NCBI GenBank assembly: GCA_040386535.1
Contig: JAZKFH010000015.1
Coordinates: 297,114 to 361,113 of the forward strand
Source: Myxococcota bacterium
GTDB taxonomy: Bacteria; Myxococcota_A; UBA796; SXON01
DNA length: 64,000 nt
Reading direction: 5' to 3'
Positions 47,333-55,512 of this stretch are shown here, in pieces (the stretch's first letter is position 1; the number at the start of each line of letters is the position of its first letter). Below the pieces are notes generated by a model that worked only from the letters and a program-made list of their open reading frames with translations, was not told the DNA's origin and ran no database searches. Made by a program: the position numbers and the translations under genes.

Positions 47333-50300
47333 TCAGCACGGCTCGCCCTGATACATCAGCCCCGCCGACGGGGTGGCGAACGTGGTGAGCGGCGGCGGGC
47401 CGCCGAGGTTGTGGCCGAAGCGGACGAGGCCGGTCTCCTGGTGCCAGGGCCCCGCCTTGAGCCAGCCGCCCTGGAGCGCGACACCCCACTTGCCCGTCAC
47501 GTTCCACTCCACGCTCAAGCGGCCGTTGTGGGTGAACGCGTTGCCCGGGGCGAAGTACAACGAGGTGCCCCCGCCCGCGTACTGCATGCCCGCGCCCACG
47601 CCGCCACACACGCCGAGCCGGTCGCCGAAGCCGTGCCACCGCACGTCGATGCGCCCGGTCGCCACCGCGAAGATGGGCGGGCTGTAGTAGGCGCCCTGCC
47701 CGGACTCGAAGCCGTCCACCTGCCGCTGGTGGGAGAACGCGACGCCCTCGCCGCCGATGCGGACGTTGCGTTCGGGGGTGCCGATGCGTTGCCCGAGCCA
47801 CGCCACGACCTCCGCGCGTCCGACCGGGTCGAGGCCGATGCCCTCGGACTGGCCGAGGCGGCCGAGGAGCCCGAGATCGGTGCCCCAGGGTGCGCCGAGC
47901 CCCGCCCAGCCGCCGAACCACGTGTGGTGTACGCGCCCGAAAGGCTGGTTGGTGTAGAGGTCGGCGGCGCCGGCCCAGCTCGCGTACGAGTCGAGGATCG
48001 GCGCGCGGCCGGTCTCCACGCCGAAGGCCAGGGGTGCGCCGAGCCGCCCACGGCCGCCCACGTGCCACACCGGGTAGGCGCCCTCCGCGAACCCGATCGG
48101 GCTGGCGCCGACCCGCGCCCACGCGGCCCACGGTAGCTCGGCGGGGGTCATCAACCCCAGGGACGGCGCGATGCCCCAGCTCGTGTCGACGCCGTTCTCG
48201 ACGCGGAGGAGGACCGCCTCGACGTCGAGCTGGAGGGGGCCGATGGGCGGGGGGCCGAGGTGGAGCGGCACGTAGGTGGCCAGCTCCTGGCCCACGCCGG
48301 AGACTCCCGACCGCCGGAGCACGCCGAAGCCCGCGGTGGCCACGATGCCGCGGTCCGGCGGGGGCTTGGGGCCGATGGGGGATGGATCACCGGCCGATGT
48401 ATCAGCCGGAGTATCAGTAGCCGATGTATCAGTGGGCGATGTATCAGTGGGCGGTGTATCAGATGTATCAGTCGCCGATGTATCAGCAGGCGATGCATCA
48501 CCGGCGCCGCCCTTCCCTTTCGGACCCGAAGACTGCGCCGCGCGGAGCCGTGCGAGCAGCTCGCCCAGCCGCGCATCGGGGGTGGCGGTCCAGGCACGAT
48601 CGACCAACTGGAGCGCCGCGCGCGTGCGTCCGCGATCGAGGAGATCCTCCGCGAGCGCGACGATGGCGTCCACGTTGGCCGGGTCGAGGGCGCGGGCCCG
48701 TTGGAGCGCATGCCGCGCGCGCCGCGGGCGCCCGAGCTCGCGCTGGCCCTCCGCCAGGATGACCAGGCTCGGCGCGTCGGCGTTCGCGAGGGCGGCAGCG
48801 TCCCGCATGGCGTCTTCGGCACGAACGGGACGGTGTTTCATCCAGTTGGACAGGGCGAGCTCGACCGCGGCGGCAACGCGGACACGCTGGAGATCCGCGG
48901 CGAGCGCCGGCGTGCGGCCCGAGGCGATGGCGACGCGGAAGAGCGGGACGACACGCGCGCTGCACGCGCACGAACGGCCGGCCACCCGCGCCACGTCGAG
49001 CGCCCACTGGTTGTTCGGCTCGGTCTGGAGCGCGCGGGTCGCGGCCATCACCGCGTCCTTTGGACGGTGCAGGTCGAGCAGCAGCGCGGCCCACGCCGCC
49101 TGTACCATCGGCTGGTTGCCCACCTCCACGGCGAGCCGCTGGAGCGCCTTCTCCGCCTCCACGAGCCGCCCGGCGCGCCGCAACGCGTCCGCCTCGCCGA
49201 CCAGGACGCGCGCCTCCAGCTCCTCGCGCAGCTGCTCGGTGTCCACCTCGGGGCGCCGGGCCGCGAGCGCTTCGAGCACTGCCAGCGCGGCGGGGCCCTG
49301 GCCCAGCGCTTCGAGCGCGCCGGCCTCGCCACGGGAGGCGACGGTGTCGATCGTCACGTCGTCGCCGTGGGTCACGAGCGCCTCGCGGAAGCGCACGAGG
49401 CCCTCCTCGGGCTTGCCCACCGCCACGAGCGTGCCGCCGAGGGCGATCGAGGTCCACACGTCCGCGTCCAACGCGTAGGCGGCCTCGTAGTGGCGCAGCG
49501 CCGCGGCGAGATCGCTCGCCTGGCGGGCCCGATCGCCGGCCTCACGCGCGAGGCGCGCACGGATGCGGTCGCGCTCGCGGGCCACCTCGGCGGGCACGGT
49601 CGGGGGCAGGGAGTCGAGCAGCTCGGCCGCCTCGGCGTTGCGCTTCAGGGCGAGGAGCGCCTGCACGACGCCGAACTGGTTCCACGGGTCGTCCGGCGCG
49701 AGCGCCACCGCCGACCGCTGGATCGCCAGCGCCTCCGTCAGCCGCCCGGTTGCCAGGTACACGTCGGCGAGCCCGTGCAGGAACCGCGCGTCCTTCGGCC
49801 AGCGGGCCACCAGGATCTTCCACTGGGCCTCGGCTACCGCCGGATCGGTCTCGGCGCGCGCCGACTGTGCCTGCCGCTCCTGGAGGAGCGACTCCCGCAG
49901 CGCCTCGGCTTGCGGCGCGTCGGGGGGGAGCTCCGCGAGCCAGGCGTCGGCCTCGTCGGGGCGGCCCAGGGCGAGCGCGAGCTGGGCGGCGCATACCCGC
50001 GCGTCGTTGTCGTTCGGATCGAGCCTCGCCGCGTGGCTGTAGAGCGCCAGCGCCGCGTCGCGCCGGCCGTCCTGCCAGAGGACCCCGGCCACGGCGTGGA
50101 GCACGGCGGGCATGTTCGGGCGCACGGCAAGGGCCACGAGCGCCGTGGTGCGCGCGGTGGCGGGCGAGCCCGCCGACTTCTGGGTGTCGGCCGAAGCGAG
50201 GAGGAGGCCCGCGAGCGCGTCGAGCTGCTCGGCCCGCGAGGCTTCGTCGGGCGCGTACGCGATGGCGCTCGCGGCGGAGTCTAGGGCGCGCGTGTCGGCC

Positions 50301-51496
50301 GCGCGGACGGCGGCGCCGAGCAACATGCCGCGGGCGGCCGCGTCGTCGGGGTGCAGCGACACGGCGCGGGCCAGCGGTGCCACGGCCTCCGCGTCACGAC
50401 CGGCGGAGAGGAGGAGCCGGCCGTAGGTGGCGGCGGTGCCGGTCTCGTCGGGGGCGCCGGCGAACGCGGCGGCCCCCGCGGGGAGGTCGTCGTCGGGAGA
50501 GGGGGTGGCGATGGCACGCACGAACACGAGGGTGAGCTCGAGCTTCGCGCGGTCCACGGCGGCAATCGGCCCCGCGGCCATGGTGGCGGCGGCCTCGTCG
50601 GCGCGGCCGGTCGAGAGGAGCGCCCGGGCGAGGCGCGCGCGGTGCTCCGGCGTCGCCTCCCGTTCGAGGGCGTCGGTGTACGCGCTCGCGGCACCCACCC
50701 CGTCCCCCCGCGCGAACCGCAGGTCTCCGAGGAGGGCGGCGACGGCCGCGGCCGTGCCCCCCTCGGTGCCCAGATGGGCGAGCAGGACCCGCTCCGCGGC
50801 GTTGGGAAAGCCGGCCTCGAGCAGCGTCCGGGCCGTGGCGACGGGGCTGTTCGTCGTCACCGCGATGGTGAACGAGCCGCCGAGGGTCTCGTCCCGGCCA
50901 GCCCCCGCGGCGCTGGCGCGCTGGCGCTCCCGCTCCGCCTGCTCCGGGTCCCCGAGCGCGAGGGCCGCGAGGGCCACACGCGCGGCGCCGACCGCGACGG
51001 GCGCGCGCAACCACGCGCTCCGCGCCCCGGCGGCGTCACCCGCCTCGAACAACACGTCGCCCAGCGCCACGTCCGCGAGCCCTTCGCCCTCCGCTGCGAG
51101 CGTTCGCAGATCCGCCAGGGCGCGCGCGCGCAGCTTCGCCGAGGTGTCGCGGTCGACGGCGCGGAGCTGGGCCATCCGCACCCGCGCCGCTTCCCGGGCG
51201 GGCCCCGCCGGGCCGCGGGCGAGCTCCGTGTAGATCCCCACCCACCCCGGTCGCGGCGGCGTCCGGCGCACCATCTCGCCGAGCACTTCCCGCGCGATCG
51301 GGGCCTCCGCCGGGCTGTACAGCAGCCAACGCAGGGCCTCCGCGCCCTCCTCCACACGCCCGTCGGTGGCGACGAGCGCCTCCGCGAAGGCGAGGCGGGC
51401 CTCAGGGCTCTGCGGATCGCTCCACAACGCGTCTTCGGCCTCGGCGAGCGTACCCGCGGTCGCGGGAGCGAGAAGGGCCAGCAGCAGCGGGATCAC
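47333..51496 (-). CDS. bcsC: Cellulose synthase subunit C-like (TPR scaffold + C-terminal beta-barrel)
   Basis: Signal peptide; long TPR array; RRSG..G, GASPIGF, DSYASWAG, GAYYSP barrel motifs; GTGA overlap with bcsZ. Confidence 0.82.
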   Translation of the reverse strand: MIPLLLALLAPATAGTLAEAEDALWSDPQSPEARLAFAEALVATDGRVEEGAEALRWLLYSPAEAPIAREVLGEMVRRTPPRPGWVGIYTELARGPAGPAREAARVRMAQLRAVDRDTSAKLRARALADLRTLAAEGEGLADVALGDVLFEAGDAAGARSAWLRAPVAVGAARVALAALALGDPEQAERERQRASAAGAGRDETLGGSFTIAVTTNSPVATARTLLEAGFPNAAERVLLAHLGTEGGTAAAVAALLGDLRFARGDGVGAASAYTDALEREATPEHRARLARALLSTGRADEAAATMAAGPIAAVDRAKLELTLVFVRAIATPSPDDDLPAGAAAFAGAPDETGTAATYGRLLLSAGRDAEAVAPLARAVSLHPDDAAARGMLLGAAVRAADTRALDSAASAIAYAPDEASRAEQLDALAGLLLASADTQKSAGSPATARTTALVALAVRPNMPAVLHAVAGVLWQDGRRDAALALYSHAARLDPNDNDARVCAAQLALALGRPDEADAWLAELPPDAPQAEALRESLLQERQAQSARAETDPAVAEAQWKILVARWPKDARFLHGLADVYLATGRLTEALAIQRSAVALAPDDPWNQFGVVQALLALKRNAEAAELLDSLPPTVPAEVARERDRIRARLAREAGDRARQASDLAAALRHYEAAYALDADVWTSIALGGTLVAVGKPEEGLVRFREALVTHGDDVTIDTVASRGEAGALEALGQGPAALAVLEALAARRPEVDTEQLREELEARVLVGEADALRRAGRLVEAEKALQRLAVEVGNQPMVQAAWAALLLDLHRPKDAVMAATRALQTEPNNQWALDVARVAGRSCACSARVVPLFRVAIASGRTPALAADLQRVRVAAAVELALSNWMKHRPVRAEDAMRDAAALANADAPSLVILAEGQRELGRPRRARHALQRARALDPANVDAIVALAEDLLDRGRTRAALQLVDRAWTATPDARLGELLARLRAAQSSGPKGKGGAGDASPADTSATDTSDTPPTDTSPTDTSATDTPADTSAGDPSPIGPKPPPDRGIVATAGFGVLRRSGVSGVGQELATYVPLHLGPPPIGPLQLDVEAVLLRVENGVDTSWGIAPSLGLMTPAELPWAAWARVGASPIGFAEGAYPVWHVGGRGRLGAPLAFGVETGRAPILDSYASWAGAADLYTNQPFGRVHHTWFGGWAGLGAPWGTDLGLLGRLGQSEGIGLDPVGRAEVVAWLGQRIGTPERNVRIGGEGVAFSHQRQVDGFESGQGAYYSPPIFAVATGRIDVRWHGFGDRLGVCGGVGAGMQYAGGGTSLYFAPGNAFTHNGRLSVEWNVTGKWGVALQGGWLKAGPWHQETGLVRFGHNLGGPPPLTTFATPSAGLMYQGEPC
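48383..48504 (-). repeat. Coding ~15-bp tandem repeat (GTATCAG core) encoding (P/A)TDTS-like linker in bcsC
   Basis: GTATCAG at 48399, 48411, 48426, 48441, 48456, 48465 and 48480. Confidence 0.85.
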
Positions 51497-52587
51497 AGCG
51501 CCTCCGGCCGCGCGAGGCCGCTCCACAACGCGAGCCCGAACCACACCCAGTTGTGGGCGTAGTAGTCCCGCGCCACGGCCGGATCCTGCGCGGCGCGGAT
51601 CTCGGCCCGGAACAATTCTTCGACGTCCGCGGGGCGCACCTCCGCCCACGCGGGCAGGAGCGCGCCGTACAGGCCGAGGTAGCCCCACGTGTGCCGCGCC
51701 GCGCCGTTCGGGAGGATCACCGCGGGGATCGTGCGCTCGGCCCGCCAGCGGTCCGCCAGGGCCCCGAAGGCCTCGAGCTGCTTGCGGGCGCGCGGCTCCT
51801 TGTGCCAGCGGGCCTCGGCCGCCAACGTCCACCCGATGCGGAACGCCTCGAAGCCGAACACGGCCTTCTCCGACTCGCCCTCGGGCGGCGGCACCACGCG
51901 CCCGCTCTCCCGTTCCACCCAGCACCAATCGGGCGGGAGGCCGCTCGGGGAGCGGCAGGCCTCGAACAGGTGGTAGGCGGAGTCGATGAGGCCGTTCCAA
52001 TCGCGACCAGCGTCGACACGCGCGAATGTTCGCCACGCGAACGGCAGCCAATACGACGGGTTGAGCTTCATAAGCGGCTTGTCCCGCTCCCACTGGTCCG
52101 GGAGCAGCACGCGGCGCGGGCCGGCCATGGCGGTCTCGTCGTCCCAGATGTGCCCGAGCAGGCTGGTCGCCTGCGCCGCGTAGCTAGGCTCCTTCCAGCG
52201 GTCGCCCGCGAGCACCAGCGCCCACGCCATCCACTGGTCCGCGTCCGCCGCGGAGTTCGCGTCGAGCACGCCCCACGTCCCGTCGGGTCGGCGCCCCCAC
52301 CGCCACGCCGGCAGCCGGTTCGGGTCTCCCGCCTGGAGGTTGTCGCGCGTCCACCCCAACACCTTGTCGAACGTGCCGCGGTCGTCGCACCACACCGCGC
52401 GGATGAGCGCGTAGGACTGGCCCTCGGACGTGCTCACGTCGTCGCCGGCCCGGTCGATCACGCGGCCGTCGTCCTGGATGAACGCGCTGACGTAGGGCTT
52501 CCAGTCCGCGAGCACCATGGTGGGCGTGGGCGCCGCGCTCGCCACGGTCGGGAACAGCGCGAGCGCCATCGCGAAGAGGACGCGCAC
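51493..52587 (-). CDS. bcsZ: GH8 endo-1,4-beta-glucanase
   Basis: DGRVID, STSEGQSYAL, WTRDNL, PAWRWG, NSAADAD, LNPSY, GLPPDW, FEAFRI, DYY. Confidence 0.9.
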   Translation of the reverse strand: MRVLFAMALALFPTVASAAPTPTMVLADWKPYVSAFIQDDGRVIDRAGDDVSTSEGQSYALIRAVWCDDRGTFDKVLGWTRDNLQAGDPNRLPAWRWGRRPDGTWGVLDANSAADADQWMAWALVLAGDRWKEPSYAAQATSLLGHIWDDETAMAGPRRVLLPDQWERDKPLMKLNPSYWLPFAWRTFARVDAGRDWNGLIDSAYHLFEACRSPSGLPPDWCWVERESGRVVPPPEGESEKAVFGFEAFRIGWTLAAEARWHKEPRARKQLEAFGALADRWRAERTIPAVILPNGAARHTWGYLGLYGALLPAWAEVRPADVEELFRAEIRAAQDPAVARDYYAHNWVWFGLALWSGLARPEAL

Positions 52588-54893
52588 TACGACTCCCGCG
52601 CGCGCACCCAGGCGCGTTTGACGGTGGCGAACAGGGCCGTGCCCGCCACGATGGCGACCCCGAGGAGGATCCAGTAGCGCCGCGCCGCGATGATCAGCGT
52701 CACCCCCACCGGGTAGGTGCCGACCTGCCGCCGCTCGGCCACCTGGAGGGTGCGCACCTCGCCGCGCTCCCCGACGATCGCCACGTTTCCGCCGAGCTGC
52801 CCGACCCGCGCCGGGTCCGTGATGGCCCCCACCAGGTCGGCCAGATCGGTCGTCGCGGTGGCCGCGAGGACCAGCGCCGCGCGCGCGGGGTTGGCCGGGT
52901 GGAGCGTCTCCTCCACCAGGGCGTCGGTGCGGGTGACCGTGGCCGAGATGGCGCGCTCCCCGCCGTCCATGAGGGTGCGCGCGGTGCCGCCGGTGAGGGT
53001 GAGCCCACCCGCCATCATGAGCTGGTCGTGCAGGCTGTGGGGCGCCCCGCTCGCGAGGAGGATGAAGTTCGTGTCCGGCGCGGAGGCGAAGTCGAGGCCC
53101 GCCGCGCTGGTGAGGTGGAACGCGGGCGTGAGGGTGCTGCTCGACCGCCCGAGCGCGGCCCCGAGCAGGAAGCCGGCGCCCACGTCGTCGTCGGTCGGCA
53201 CGTCGGGGAGCGCCGCCACGACGGATCCGTTGGTGGGGTCGAGCGTGAACGGCCACGCGCCGTACCGGAGCAGGCCGAGGTCGGGCAGGTGCGCGACGTG
53301 GTCCCGCGCGATCTCGACCGTCGAGTCGGCGTACACCGTGGCCCAGAGGCTCTTTCCGCTCACGTAGGCGCAGGCGTCGAAGTCCTCGGGGAACAGGGTG
53401 AACGCCACCTCCAGCACCGATCGGGGCGTCATCACGCCGTCGGGCAGGGTCACCTGCACCGTGCTCCCGGCGGAGCCCGCGGTGTCGTCGAGCGACACGC
53501 TCTTCACCGTCACGCCGTCGAGGCGGATCTCCAGCGCGGACAGCCGGGGGTCGAGGCCCGCGGCGTAGGCGTAGTGCACCTCGGCCTGGGCGCCGCCGGG
53601 GCGGATCGCCGCGTCGCCGTCGAGCTCGAGCGGCACGCGCACGGTGGGCGTGTAGAAGCCGCGCACGGTCTGGTCGGTCAGGCCGAGCGACGCGAGCGAG
53701 AAGGTCGGCTGCGGCGGGACCGCGCGGGGGAGCCGCCGGTGCTCGGGGGGCCGCCCGTCGGCCACGAAGTCGACGCGCGCCTGGGAGCCGGCGAGGATTT
53801 CGTGACGGTTCTGGCTCGCGACGGCCAACGTGGCGCGCTCCAGGCCCTCCGCGTCGGCGCCGGTCACGACCAGCACCGCGCGCGTGGGATCGGCGGGGTT
53901 CGGCACCAGCGCCACGAGGCCCTCGGTGGGCCGCGGCGCCTGGCCGCCGAGGAGCGCGCGGATCTCGGACGACTCGGACCAGATCCCCACCAGGAGCGCG
54001 TGGGTGTCGGCCTCGCGGACGGTCGGCACGGTGTCCGCGAGCGCCACGCCGCGGTAGTCCGCGATGCGCCCCAACGTGACGCCGAGCCGCCCGATGGACT
54101 TGATCACCGCCGCGGAGGGCCGCTTGGGGAGGACGAGCGAGAGCTCGGCGGGGCCGTAGCCGGTCGGATCGAAGAGGGGGTAGGGGAACCGGGCGAGCTC
54201 CGGCTCGACCAGGCGCTGCCGGTACCGCATCGACACGCGCGACGTGTTGTCCACCCGCGTCCAGAGCCCGGGATCGAACGGGTCCTCGCAGGTACCGCCG
54301 TAGTGTTGCACCGCGCGCAGGCGCAGGTGGTTGTAGGGTGTCAAGAGCGCGCGCGGCACCTGCACGACGAGCTTGCCGTCGCGCCCGTTCGAGTCGTCGA
54401 GGCGCAGGCTCCCGATGGCCTGGCCGTTCAGCGTGGCGGTGAGGTGGCTCCGCTCGGGAAGGAGCGCCGCGGAGTGCGCGAAGTTCAGGATGAGCACGGG
54501 GTCCTCGAGCAGCTCCCACTCCTCGGGCACCGTGAAGTCCACGCGGGCCTCGGCGTCGACCCCCTCCAACAACAGATCGGTGCGTATGGCGAGCACGTCC
54601 TCGAAGCTCACGTCGAACGTGCGCTCTCCGTCCGCGACGCTCCTCGCGGTGGAGGGCGTGGCGGGGCCGTCCGACGCGCCGGGGATCGTGCGGAGGGCGG
54701 CGTCGAGGCCGTCGGTGGGGAGCGTGCCCGGCCGCTCCGGGCTGGGCTCGGATGGCGAGCCGGCGGTCGGGGCGCCGGGGGGCGCTCCCTCGGACGGCAC
54801 CCCCTCTCCGGGGGCGGCGGCGGCCTGGCCTCCGAGCCCGAGCAACAGCGACAGGAGGAGGGGAGTGGGGGCGGGCGCGGATTTACCGGGCAT
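52587..54893 (-). CDS. bcsB: Cellulose synthase periplasmic subunit B
   Basis: Signal peptide; HSAALLPERS, LNGQ, HYGGTCEDP..LW, LPDL....YGAWPFT, C-terminal TM. Confidence 0.88.
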   Translation of the reverse strand: MPGKSAPAPTPLLLSLLLGLGGQAAAAPGEGVPSEGAPPGAPTAGSPSEPSPERPGTLPTDGLDAALRTIPGASDGPATPSTARSVADGERTFDVSFEDVLAIRTDLLLEGVDAEARVDFTVPEEWELLEDPVLILNFAHSAALLPERSHLTATLNGQAIGSLRLDDSNGRDGKLVVQVPRALLTPYNHLRLRAVQHYGGTCEDPFDPGLWTRVDNTSRVSMRYRQRLVEPELARFPYPLFDPTGYGPAELSLVLPKRPSAAVIKSIGRLGVTLGRIADYRGVALADTVPTVREADTHALLVGIWSESSEIRALLGGQAPRPTEGLVALVPNPADPTRAVLVVTGADAEGLERATLAVASQNRHEILAGSQARVDFVADGRPPEHRRLPRAVPPQPTFSLASLGLTDQTVRGFYTPTVRVPLELDGDAAIRPGGAQAEVHYAYAAGLDPRLSALEIRLDGVTVKSVSLDDTAGSAGSTVQVTLPDGVMTPRSVLEVAFTLFPEDFDACAYVSGKSLWATVYADSTVEIARDHVAHLPDLGLLRYGAWPFTLDPTNGSVVAALPDVPTDDDVGAGFLLGAALGRSSSTLTPAFHLTSAAGLDFASAPDTNFILLASGAPHSLHDQLMMAGGLTLTGGTARTLMDGGERAISATVTRTDALVEETLHPANPARAALVLAATATTDLADLVGAITDPARVGQLGGNVAIVGERGEVRTLQVAERRQVGTYPVGVTLIIAARRYWILLGVAIVAGTALFATVKRAWVRARES

Positions 54894-55512
54894 GGGACAG
54901 GTCCTCCGTGACACGGGAGAGCTCCTCCTTGGCGGTGTGGAGGCGCCCGGCGATCTCGACCGGGTGCACGCCATCAGGGGGAAGGGAGACGAGCTCGAGC
55001 CAGGCGGCGCGGACGCCGACCTCGAGCGGGGCGAGGGTGGGGCTCGTCAGGTTGCCGTCGAGCCGGTACCGCGCGCCGACCTCGCGCACGCGGGGGGCCC
55101 ACTCGGGCGGGCTGGGGGAGGCCTCGCGCTCCGTGACCAGGGCACCCAGGCGCTCGGCTGCGACGCCGAGCTCGGCGCGACGTGCGCGCTCCGCCATCGC
55201 GCTCTCCCCGCCGAGGGCGCGCGCGGCGTCGAAGCGCCGGACGAAGGGGTCCCAGCCCACGGTGATGCCGAGGGCAAAGGCCAGCAGCACCGCGGGCGCG
55301 ATCCAGCTCTGCACCAGCCCGCCCGCGCGGCGGGTGCGGCTGTAGGGAAAGTCGATGGGGGGCAGGTGGAGCAGCAGCGGCATGGAGTCCGCGCGCCGCG
55401 GTACCCCCGCCGTCGACACGAGCGGCGAGCGGACGGAGGCGCACCGGCGGCAGGTGGCTTCGTCCCGCTGATGCAACGCCGAGCAGCTCGCGCACAACCA
55501 GACAGGGCTCAC
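54883..55512 (-). CDS. Hypothetical protein with N-terminal Zn-ribbon (CxxC..CxxC) and one TM, inside the bcs operon
   Basis: WLCASCSAL....ATCRRC; TM WIAPAVLLAFALGITVG; overlaps bcsA stop (GTGA) and bcsB start. Confidence 0.65.
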   Translation of the reverse strand: MSPVWLCASCSALHQRDEATCRRCASVRSPLVSTAGVPRRADSMPLLLHLPPIDFPYSRTRRAGGLVQSWIAPAVLLAFALGITVGWDPFVRRFDAARALGGESAMAERARRAELGVAAERLGALVTEREASPSPPEWAPRVREVGARYRLDGNLTSPTLAPLEVGVRAAWLELVSLPPDGVHPVEIAGRLHTAKEELSRVTEDLSHAR

